Source: Escherichia coli (GTDB lineage: Bacteria > Pseudomonadota > Gammaproteobacteria > Enterobacterales > Enterobacteriaceae). Taken from it: DNA of 64,000 nt. Both the position numbers and the translations under genes were made by a program. The notes below the pieces were generated by a model. That model did no database searches. It saw nothing but the letters and a program-made list of their open reading frames with translations, and was not told where the DNA came from. The DNA is taken from NCBI RefSeq assembly GCF_003334765.1, contig NZ_QOWT01000022.1. The stretch is one strand, 5' to 3'. This document shows positions 1 through 7,581 of the stretch, one piece after another (position 1 is the first letter of the stretch; each line of letters starts with the position of its first letter).

Positions 1-555
1 GCCGCCTTTCAGGACGCCAGTATGCTGATGCGCATCAACCACAATCCCGTTAGAGCTCATCGCTCCACCGCCCTGGGTAACGCCACCATTGATCACCACT
101 TCGCTGTTAATACGCGTGCGGTCAGCCTCCAGCATAAACTCACTGGTTTTCAGGGTGATATTGTCAGCGGCCTCAATGACCATTGATTTGATGCCCCTGA
201 CATACCAGCGCCCGGTGGCGGGTTCGTATTCAAACCAGCCGCCGTCAGGATGTTCTGTCACGCAGGCGTCCGCCGACGTCGAAGGTGGCGCGAACTGATT
301 CGAATAGATGGCGGGTAACGCAAAGGCGGTTTCCAGATTGCCGCCCAGACTCAGCAGCACCACCTGCTCACCTTCCGATGGTCGCCACCATGTGCGGGCA
401 TTACCCGCGCGCAGCGTCAGCCAGTTAATCCAGTTGGTTTCAAGGTCGCCCGTTTTCACCCGACAAAGCCAGTTTTCCCGGTCCACTTCGGTGACTACAC
501 CTATGCGGATCAGATTGGTGATAAGGCGCATGATTTCGGTTAGTTGTGCGTTCAT
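1..555 (-). CDS. Phage baseplate assembly protein V (gpV-like), N-terminal ~185 codons; 3' end lies beyond the window start
   Basis: Reverse-strand translation from ATG at 555-553 reads MNAQLTEIMRLITNLIRIGVVTEVDRENWLCRVKTGDLETNWINWLTLRAGNARTWWRPSEGEQVV..., typical of P2 gpV; absent from the ORF track because it has no stop in the window. Confidence 0.8.
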   Translation of the reverse strand, partial: MNAQLTEIMRLITNLIRIGVVTEVDRENWLCRVKTGDLETNWINWLTLRAGNARTWWRPSEGEQVVLLSLGGNLETAFALPAIYSNQFAPPSTSADACVTEHPDGGWFEYEPATGRWYVRGIKSMVIEAADNITLKTSEFMLEADRTRINSEVVINGGVTQGGGAMSSNGIVVDAHQHTGVLKGG

Positions 556-658
556 AGATATATGATGACAGCTGAAAACTTGTTTATAACTTCTTGCAAA
601 TTGTGGTATCGATGGTACAAATTGATAAAAGGATAAAAAACAACCAATAGGTGGATAA

Positions 659-1465
659 ATGAGTGTTATGAATCCAATAAGTTCTAATATATTTAATGCT
701 GAATTTTTAAACACCCCGGCAGCGGCACTTGCCGCATGGATTTCCATTATTGGAGCTGTTATAACTTTGGTGACGATAGTTATAAGAGCACTATTCAAAT
801 ATAGAAAATCTCATGATGTAATTTTGAAAAAATCAGGAATACCTGCGTTTATATTGAATTTTTTTCTTATACGAATATCATTAAAAAGGCTGCCTACTAT
901 CACATGGGCTGAAAAATCAATCACGGTTCTCTTTTCACTTCTTTTTTTGTGTGCAATTTATATTTTTGGTCCAGTTTTCATCCAAGCCATTAGAACCCCA
1001 CCAAATAGCACATTGCTTTATTGGATAAAATCCGGTGAATCATTTTATATGTCAAAAAAACTGGCGACTGCAGCTACAATATTAACCACTCCTGATTGGG
1101 AAATATCAAAGGATGATTGCGAAGAGTCATCCTCTGCCAGTACAGAGAAGTACAAATCATTAACTATCGAACATAAAGAAATTCTTTGTAAACTACTAAC
1201 CACTGATGAAGGGAATGCTTACATTGATGAAGAAGTCAAGAATTTCGTTAAAGACAAATTCTTTATCTATTCCTTTGCCCCAACAACCATATTTATTCTA
1301 TTATGGATTTCTTTGGGTTTTATACTGACCATTCACTATTCTAAAAAAGTTAGGAAATATATTCTGACTGAACAAAAAAATGCAATTCATTGGGCATATG
1401 GTGAATTCAAGACAGAAGGAATCTATTCAATATATCAAGAGTTAGAACGTAAGACTCACCATTAA
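659..1465 (+). CDS. Hypothetical polytopic membrane protein (268 aa), AT-rich cargo gene between S and V
   Basis: ORF with GGTGG Shine-Dalgarno 6 nt upstream; several hydrophobic helices; AT-rich; opposite strand to flanking tail genes. Confidence 0.5.
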   Translation: MSVMNPISSNIFNAEFLNTPAAALAAWISIIGAVITLVTIVIRALFKYRKSHDVILKKSGIPAFILNFFLIRISLKRLPTITWAEKSITVLFSLLFLCAIYIFGPVFIQAIRTPPNSTLLYWIKSGESFYMSKKLATAATILTTPDWEISKDDCEESSSASTEKYKSLTIEHKEILCKLLTTDEGNAYIDEEVKNFVKDKFFIYSFAPTTIFILLWISLGFILTIHYSKKVRKYILTEQKNAIHWAYGEFKTEGIYSIYQELERKTHH

Positions 1466-1853
1466 GACCCAACAAACGACGCTCTGCGTAACGCACTTCC
1501 GGTCCTTTGCGGCTGACGCGATCGCGCAGGCCATAATGGTGAACGCGGGCAATGCGCTGCACCTTACCTTCAAACTGCACGCTGGCAGAATCGGCGCTGG
1601 CGGCAGTTTTCAGGTATTTGGTGGTGCGCAGCTTTGCAAACATCTGACGTTTGATGCGGCCTTTTTTACTGCGCGCCGTGACCTTGCGCGGTTCATAACT
1701 GCTGCCATCTGGATTGCGCTGCATCCTGATATTCTGCTGCTGTGTCCGGCGCAGTTCCTGCGCCAGCTGGCGCATCATGCGGCTTCTTGCGACTGGTTCC
1801 AGATTCGCCAGTAAGGCACTAAGCCAGTCGTCCACCTTCTGCAGTTCAGCCAC
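1407..1853 (-). CDS. Phage tail completion / virion morphogenesis protein (gpS-like)
   Basis: 148-aa ORF with the sequence character of the phage virion morphogenesis family; lies between R-like and V as in P2. Confidence 0.7.
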   Translation of the reverse strand: MAELQKVDDWLSALLANLEPVARSRMMRQLAQELRRTQQQNIRMQRNPDGSSYEPRKVTARSKKGRIKRQMFAKLRTTKYLKTAASADSASVQFEGKVQRIARVHHYGLRDRVSRKGPEVRYAERRLLGLNGESYVLTLDILNRFLLS

Positions 1854-2304
1854 GTTTCACCGTCCACATTTCTTCAGGTTCATCGGGTTCTGCTACCGCT
1901 TCAACGCTCGACACACTGCCGTCAGTGCTGACCAGCACACGTTCCGTCAGTTGCAGGTTAAGGCTGATATCACAGACATCGTTGCGCAGAATATCCACCT
2001 CAAAGGTAAATAGTTTTTCCCGTAACGCCGGGTTATTGATGGCATCGGGCTGGTTATCCCGCAGCCACAGCAAAACCGGGGCCATCAGCAGATTCTGGTC
2101 GCCGCTGAAATCCTCAATCACCACGTTCAGGGTGTAACCACGCAGCCCTACGAGTTCACTAAAGGCAGTATCTTTCACCTGATGGAGCCGGACCTGAACC
2201 AGGAAATTTACGGCCTGCCGGAATATCTGTCCGCCATTCCGTCCGCCTTGCTGAACGAGTCCGCTACGCTGTTCCGGCGTAAATACTACATCAATGGCAG
2301 TCAT
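1846..2304 (-). CDS. Phage tail completion protein R-like; N-terminal portion probably not native (antisense to portal-derived sequence)
   Basis: 152-aa ORF; its stop overlaps the S start by 8 nt; its first ~40 codons overlap the portal fragment on the other strand. Confidence 0.5.
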   Translation of the reverse strand: MTAIDVVFTPEQRSGLVQQGGRNGGQIFRQAVNFLVQVRLHQVKDTAFSELVGLRGYTLNVVIEDFSGDQNLLMAPVLLWLRDNQPDAINNPALREKLFTFEVDILRNDVCDISLNLQLTERVLVSTDGSVSSVEAVAEPDEPEEMWTVKRG

Positions 2305-2712
2305 GCAGGGTTCATCATGTATATGACCGACGCCGCGCAGAACCAGGAGGACGTGAACAACATCCGCCAGGCCATGAAAAGCGCTAAAGGACCGGGCAAC
2401 TTCCGCAACCTGTTTATGTATTCACCCAACGGCAAAAAGGACGGGATTCAGATAATCCCGCTGTCAGAGGTAGCGGCAAAGGATGAGTTTCTGAACATTA
2501 AGAACGTGAGCCGAGACGACATGATGGCTGCACACCGCGTTCCGCCGCAGATGATGGGGATTATGCCGAGTAATGTTGGGGGATTTGGGGATGTGGAAAA
2601 GGCGAGTAAGGTGTTTGTCCGTAACGAATTGATACCGCTGCAAAAGCGAATTAAAGAAATTAATGAATGGTTGAGTGATGAAATAATTTCTTTCCAACCA
2701 TATGAATTATAA
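2182..2712 (+). pseudogene. Phage portal protein (gpQ-like) C-terminal fragment; 5' boundary uncertain
   Basis: Translation contains RRKYYINGSHAGF and MMAAHRVPPQMMGIMPSNVGGFGDVEKASKVFVRNELIPLQ, which I recognise as portal C-terminal sequence; far too short for a complete portal. Confidence 0.6.
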
Positions 2713-2733
2713 TAAAGTAGGGCAAATAATGCC

Positions 2734-3591
2734 CTACTTTAACCAAATATTATAATCCAATCTTCCTACGTATCTTGAAAAAACAGCCAGAGCAATTGCT
2801 TGCCCTACACTTGTTAATTCAATTCCTTGATAGTTGCTCTTTGAAAATTTTTCTAAAAATGCAGACACATGAGGGGCAACTAACTTAAGATTTGAAATAT
2901 ATGCACTCTTATCTTTTATATCAGTCGGATATTTACTCATAAAATAGTCTTCAACATCCATCCCTAAAAAAGTATTCCATGAACAAGCCCCTGCATATTG
3001 AATGTGATATATCTGGGCTTGAGACAAATTAAACCCATTAGTATACATTGATTCAAAGTTTCTAAAATTGTGCTCCAACAAATCCAATCGAACACCATTA
3101 ACAGGGTCTTTGATCTCAACATTCTTGAGAAGAAAAACTATCGTTATAAGTGATATTTGTTGCTGTGTTAACTTGGGAACGACGGTAACTGCCTCCGTTA
3201 AAACTATATCTCTAAAATCGTCATTGTTATTGGAGACTCGTTCAACTAACAACTGAGAAAGCACATCCATATTAGCTTTCTTTCCCTTCCTGGCTGATGA
3301 CTTTAATGCCTCAGTCAATGTAGCCTGAACGTCCGGATCGCAAAATTTATCAATAATCAATCTATCAACGTTTTTTGTTAAATCCGAAACGACACGCTCT
3401 TCAAAATCTTTTGCATTCTCTTGAGCTGCAGCATAAGCAACATCTTTCAATTTTGGAAACTGATTTTCGAAGAGAATGTTGAATAGTTCTCTAACCTCGG
3501 AAAACGACATCCCTGAAACATTTACATTATTTCCAGCTTGAATTGCATACGAATTATTACCTATTTGTTGCTTTTGCTTATCACTAAACAT
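2734..3591 (-). CDS. Hypothetical protein (285 aa), AT-rich cargo; second gene of a two-gene module
   Basis: Start is preceded by GGAGGA directly after the stop of the upstream small membrane protein gene; no family recognised. Confidence 0.6.
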   Translation of the reverse strand: MFSDKQKQQIGNNSYAIQAGNNVNVSGMSFSEVRELFNILFENQFPKLKDVAYAAAQENAKDFEERVVSDLTKNVDRLIIDKFCDPDVQATLTEALKSSARKGKKANMDVLSQLLVERVSNNNDDFRDIVLTEAVTVVPKLTQQQISLITIVFLLKNVEIKDPVNGVRLDLLEHNFRNFESMYTNGFNLSQAQIYHIQYAGACSWNTFLGMDVEDYFMSKYPTDIKDKSAYISNLKLVAPHVSAFLEKFSKSNYQGIELTSVGQAIALAVFSRYVGRLDYNIWLK

Positions 3592-3600
3592 ATATCCTCC

Positions 3601-3846
3601 TTATTTTTTATCACCTGTATTTATACAATCAATTTTAATATCACCTCTAGCCTGGACAGCAGTTGAATTATCACCAACTGATTGGCTCATAGAATTATAT
3701 TTATTTTTTGTAGTGATAAGTAATCCAGCTAAAGCGCTAACTGCAGCCAAAAATGCAACAATAGAATCAAAACCAGGATCCATATAAAGCCATAATCCTG
3801 CAATCGATGCCAGCATACATGTAATGACTATTGCAAAAATTTTCAT
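3601..3846 (-). CDS. Small membrane protein (81 aa, two predicted TM helices); first gene of the two-gene cargo module
   Basis: ORF with AGGAG upstream; hydrophobic N-terminal two-thirds, polar C-terminal tail. Confidence 0.55.
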   Translation of the reverse strand: MKIFAIVITCMLASIAGLWLYMDPGFDSIVAFLAAVSALAGLLITTKNKYNSMSQSVGDNSTAVQARGDIKIDCINTGDKK

Positions 3847-3914
3847 AAATTCTCCTTCTAATGGAAGTGGTTATACCGAAAACAATTTCCTTTTACAACC
3901 ACGCACAGCGCGCG

Positions 3915-3940
3915 CTCGTATCCCCGCCACGCCTGCCCGC
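3915..3940 (-). other. Candidate cohesive-end (cos)-like sequence of the P2/186 type
   Basis: Minus strand reads GGCAGGCGTGGCGGGGATA; the GGCGTGGCGGGGA core matches the 186/P2 cos overhang as I recall it, and it sits in a GC-rich island between AT-rich cargo. Confidence 0.3.
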
Positions 3941-3983
3941 TTTGTGTAGTGGTTTTCATGCACCTGCATGACATAAGTAAAAG

Positions 3984-4001
3984 CCCGCCAGAACTGGCGG
4001 G
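3984..4001 (-). terminator. Hairpin plus T-run on the minus strand (possible relic phage terminator beside cos)
   Basis: cccgcca-gaac-tggcggg stem-loop followed on the minus strand by CTTTTACTT. Confidence 0.35.
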
Positions 4002-4151
4002 ACTGAGCAAAAACGATCCTTTTGCGATCATTCATTTTCATGCGCTATAGTCATGCAACAAACGCATACGAACCATATGGTTAGATTACTCATCAAGTCA
4101 GATGGATTTTCAGGCAGATTGCCACAGCAATTGTAAAGGAGCGAGATTGAA

Positions 4152-5153
4152 ATGGGTGGAGAGACTTCGGCTATACAACGAGTCGCGGGTAAGATTTCTG
4201 ATGATATTTTCTCAGTGTTCAAATGGGATCGTGCCGCTAGAGCGGACATGAATTGGGATTGTTGCCAAGAGGCTCATTCCAAGAAAACACATCCAAGCGA
4301 TGTTGTATTTTTCTACATAGATCCATATGAGGAGGAAATGGTCTATCTCAACACAGACCTCAAAAGCTATGCAGAAGGTACTATTGGGAAAAAAATAGTC
4401 GAGGGAGCTTTAACATCGCTTGCTTTAGCTACCGAGTGTGCAAATGTCAGTGAAGAATGGCGATTGAAATATGTTCATGATGATTCTTTAGGTTATAACG
4501 TAAGAGGGTTATTATTCTTATATAACCATGATAATTTATATGATAAAGACTTCTATGAGAATATTACAAAAAAATTAGATCACTCATCTATAAATTGCCC
4601 TCCAAACATCAAACTACATTTGCTTGACCCTTATAAAATATCAGATTTGATAAACATATCTTCTGACATAACTAAGTTAATTGGTTCAGGCAAACTTCCT
4701 CAACCTGATAAGTTCACATATTATTATCCAGATCTTTCCCTAACAAGAATAAAGCACCCTATTAATCAGACAACACCTGCAACAATTGAATTATTAACAT
4801 CACCATACATTATAATAAAGCATGAGGCTTTCAGTTGGCTCAGGGATAAAAACCCTGAGGGATATGTTGTTTATTACAATCAACCGGGGGATTCAGTAGA
4901 CGAATTCGTTTACTTCTTTGATATGTTATCAACTTATCAGATATTAACCGAAGGTAAACCAATCGTATTACGCCATTGTCACATTCACCCAAATGAAAAT
5001 GCCATTCATCATTTTGAAAGAGCGAAAAAGAAATACAGCACAGACTGGCTCTTAGGCGAGGATGAAAGACTTTTTCTTAAAATTGACTTCGACAAGACAG
5101 ACAAAATTGTTGTTGAATATAATCTTGAACAAATCGGCATGGAGCAACGATAA
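4152..5153 (+). CDS. Hypothetical protein (333 aa), gene 1 of a three-gene cargo cassette; possible PD-(D/E)xK-like motif
   Basis: AGGAG upstream; AT-rich; FFYIDPYEEEMVYLNTDLK resembles a hhhD...(D/E)xK nuclease core; no Walker A. Confidence 0.7.
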   Translation: MGGETSAIQRVAGKISDDIFSVFKWDRAARADMNWDCCQEAHSKKTHPSDVVFFYIDPYEEEMVYLNTDLKSYAEGTIGKKIVEGALTSLALATECANVSEEWRLKYVHDDSLGYNVRGLLFLYNHDNLYDKDFYENITKKLDHSSINCPPNIKLHLLDPYKISDLINISSDITKLIGSGKLPQPDKFTYYYPDLSLTRIKHPINQTTPATIELLTSPYIIIKHEAFSWLRDKNPEGYVVYYNQPGDSVDEFVYFFDMLSTYQILTEGKPIVLRHCHIHPNENAIHHFERAKKKYSTDWLLGEDERLFLKIDFDKTDKIVVEYNLEQIGMEQR

Positions 5154-6232
5154 TGGCTAAAAAACTATATTTCGCAACTGATAAAAATATTTATGATGCA
5201 TTACATCATAAAAGGATAACCGCTGCAAAGTTGCATGAATTATTGTTGAATCGAGGTGTGTTTTTATCACCAGAACTCGACAAGGAAATACTAATCGAGG
5301 AAATATCCAAACTTCCTCACGGATTTAATGAATTAGAACACATAAAAAAACTGGTCAAAACATATGACCCAAGGGAAAGCACTACTAGTGTGAGCTTCCA
5401 AACCTCAACAAATCAGGCCGAATTAAAAAGTGCTGCTGAAGCACTAAAAAAAACATGCTCCCCTAGTAAAGGTCAAAGCCTGAATATTGTAGCTAAAAAA
5501 GATGGCTCGCTTACAGTAGAATACAAATATGAAGAAATAGACCTGTCTAAAACTGCATTACGTCAGATCGACAAGCGGAATGTTATAATAGAACTTCGCC
5601 CTGGAGCTGACAAAGTTGAAGTACGTATGCCTCAAAACCCCGAGGCAAAAAAAGTTATTGAGAGCTTGCAAAACGAGCTATCTAAAATCAAGTCCGAACC
5701 TATCGAGCGCTTCGAAATATCATTACTAGCAATAACTGATCCTACATTGCGAAGTCAGTTTTTTCAGGAATTAATGAATGGTCTACGCGGTTATGAGACT
5801 GATGACGTAACAAAAGTCGAATTAAATCGCAGTACTGATGCTAGTGAGGATGAAGACAAGGAAGAAACTATTGATACCGGATTTGTTAAGAAAGCCGTCC
5901 TTAATGGTGAAGGGGTAAATAGTTCAGCTATATTTTCTCAACTACATGAGAAAGGTTATTATATCGGGCGTATTGCATGGTCTTCAAAGCCGACAAGTGG
6001 AATTGGAGACAGAATCAACGTCGAAGCATTTTTCAAAGACTCAGAAAAATGCTGTGACTTTGCCTATCAAATTAAAGGTATAAACAATCAAAAAGAAGAC
6101 GGTTTCAATGTAACCATTCGCGCGGCAACGGCACAAGAGAAAAAACATATTAGTGAATTAATTGAGTCCGCCGCTGAAAATGCCTATAATATAATAATAG
6201 GATCAGAGGTGAACGAAGATGAAAAAGGTTAA
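5153..6232 (+). CDS. Hypothetical protein (359 aa), gene 2 of the three-gene cassette
   Basis: ATG overlaps the gene 1 stop (TAATG at 5151-5155); GGAG 8 nt upstream; acidic patch SEDEDKEE; no recognisable family. Confidence 0.7.
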   Translation: MAKKLYFATDKNIYDALHHKRITAAKLHELLLNRGVFLSPELDKEILIEEISKLPHGFNELEHIKKLVKTYDPRESTTSVSFQTSTNQAELKSAAEALKKTCSPSKGQSLNIVAKKDGSLTVEYKYEEIDLSKTALRQIDKRNVIIELRPGADKVEVRMPQNPEAKKVIESLQNELSKIKSEPIERFEISLLAITDPTLRSQFFQELMNGLRGYETDDVTKVELNRSTDASEDEDKEETIDTGFVKKAVLNGEGVNSSAIFSQLHEKGYYIGRIAWSSKPTSGIGDRINVEAFFKDSEKCCDFAYQIKGINNQKEDGFNVTIRAATAQEKKHISELIESAAENAYNIIIGSEVNEDEKG

Positions 6233-6902
6233 ATGGCTTAAGTTAAACATACGGCTTGAGTTTGAAACAGCCGTTAGACGTCTTTCTCTTGATTCTTTTA
6301 CAGAGGATAAAGGGAAAGGGTTCATTTTTGATAAAATACGCCATGATTTTGCAAATGGTCGCTTTGTCGAGCGTATTGTTTATCATGATAAAATATTAAG
6401 CTTTGACGGAAGCGAAACTACCGTTGAAAGAATCGAATATCGCACCACAAATTTTAGCGTGGCTTTAGACTCTCTTCCTGTAATGCAGATTACTAACCCA
6501 CCCAGAACTTTAAAGCCTTTTTCGCAGGCTTTGGTAAAAAATCTTGGCTTAGGTGTTAGTTTGGAAGAAATTGACATAAACCCTATAGACTGGCTTAATG
6601 AAATATCTTCAAGTGTAAATATCAATTTAACACAACTTGATATTTCAAGGGTTAGAGTTTCTGATTACGCCACAGCTAAAATGCAAATAATTGGCAGCAA
6701 TGATCTTAGGAAGTATTATAAAGAAGAATTAGAGGGTAAAAAAATAAGAATTGACAGGCTTGTTTGCTCTGTTAATTCATTAGAATATTCCGGTAAGCTC
6801 AAGATCACCAATAGCGGCCTTGCTTATATTGATGTTAGAAATGAGAATGAGTTTACGAAAATCGTTTTTGATACGTTAAAAAAAGTCACCCTTCAATCAT
6901 AG
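6219..6902 (+). CDS. Hypothetical protein (227 aa), gene 3 of the three-gene cassette
   Basis: Start lies 14 nt inside the end of gene 2 (translational coupling); GAGGTG upstream; no recognisable family. Confidence 0.65.
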   Translation: MKKVKWLKLNIRLEFETAVRRLSLDSFTEDKGKGFIFDKIRHDFANGRFVERIVYHDKILSFDGSETTVERIEYRTTNFSVALDSLPVMQITNPPRTLKPFSQALVKNLGLGVSLEEIDINPIDWLNEISSSVNINLTQLDISRVRVSDYATAKMQIIGSNDLRKYYKEELEGKKIRIDRLVCSVNSLEYSGKLKITNSGLAYIDVRNENEFTKIVFDTLKKVTLQS

Positions 6903-6958
6903 ATGGCTTATAAGGAGTTACTTCACCTAACGCCTCGCCTTACTCGTTGTTCAACCTC

Positions 6959-6989
6959 GTAGGCGTCAGAATCAAGTTCTGACGCCTAC
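6959..6989. terminator. Perfect 13-bp inverted repeat hairpin between the cassette and the convergent DinI-like gene
   Basis: gtaggcgtcagaa-tcaag-ttctgacgcctac; no strong T-run on either side, so function as a terminator is uncertain. Confidence 0.35.
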
Positions 6990-6997
6990 AATGTTTC

Positions 6998-7231
6998 TTA
7001 ATGCAGCCAGCTATCGTCCTCCCAGACCTGCTGCATTATTTCCATCACTCGCTTTTTGTCTTCATCCAGTTTTAACCCGCTCAGCTCAACGCCATTGGCG
7101 CTGCCCTTACGGATACGAATTGCTGTTTTGGGATACAGAGGGCGCAAATTACGGTAAAGCTCGGATTCAAGGGCGTCCAGGGTAGACTGGCTAATCTTCT
7201 GCTCTTTATCGATCATTATTTCAATGCGCAT
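6998..7231 (-). CDS. DinI-like protein (77 aa from the MRIEIM start), resembling the C-terminal part of a 186 Tum-type module
   Basis: MRIEIMIDKEQKISQSTLDALESELYRNLRPLYPKTAIRI...VWEDDSWLH resembles DinI; the track ORF (7303 start) is probably over-extended. Confidence 0.6.
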   Translation of the reverse strand: MRIEIMIDKEQKISQSTLDALESELYRNLRPLYPKTAIRIRKGSANGVELSGLKLDEDKKRVMEIMQQVWEDDSWLH

Positions 7232-7241
7232 AAAAGCCACC

Positions 7242-7430
7242 TCAGCTGATGACATCCATTGAGCGGTTGTATTCGTGGGTTCTGATTTTTGCCATGAGTT
7301 CATCTGTCAGTTCAGAAACCCACTGCAGAGCCAGCCCCTTCTCTTCATCACTACACTCACTAGCCGCTACAAGCTTAAGAAAAAAATCAATGCGCTGGAG
7401 CTTCAAAGACTCCAAAAAATAGTCCTGCAT
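7242..7430 (-). CDS. Small protein (62 aa), first gene after the LexA-controlled promoter; possible Tum-like antirepressor part
   Basis: AGGAGG 4 nt upstream of the ATG; directly downstream of the LexA box; different frame and overlapping the DinI-like ORF. Confidence 0.4.
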   Translation of the reverse strand: MQDYFLESLKLQRIDFFLKLVAASECSDEEKGLALQWVSELTDELMAKIRTHEYNRSMDVIS

Positions 7431-7471
7431 CTTTCCTCCTATGACACCAAAGCAACACTGTATACATAACC

Positions 7472-7489
7472 ACTGTTTGTATTTACAGT
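7472..7489 (-). promoter_or_regulatory. LexA operator (SOS box) overlapping the -10 of a strong promoter for the Tum/DinI-like genes
   Basis: aCTGT-ttgtattt-ACAGta, a perfect CTGT-N8-ACAG; on the minus strand TTTACA (-35) and TATACT (-10) flank it. Confidence 0.7.
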
Positions 7490-7581
7490 ATATAATAATA
7501 TTACTGATGTAAAACGTTTTTTACGTTCATCAGCCTGATATGCCTGGTATTATTAAGAGCACGAATTGTTAACCTGCGTAA

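Noticed and set aside
2464-2697. 77-aa minus-strand ORF
   Set aside because: Antisense within the recognisable portal fragment.
4028-4249. 73-aa minus-strand ORF overlapping the start of cassette gene 1
   Set aside because: Overlaps the Shine-Dalgarno and 5' end of a better-supported gene, is Cys-rich and low-complexity, and has no ribosome-binding site.
4152-6902. Three-gene cassette as a restriction-modification system, an ATPase-based system or a toxin-antitoxin pair
   Set aside because: No methyltransferase motifs (DPPY/NPPY, FxGxG), no Walker A/B, and the gene sizes are too large for a classic type II toxin-antitoxin. It is left as function unknown.
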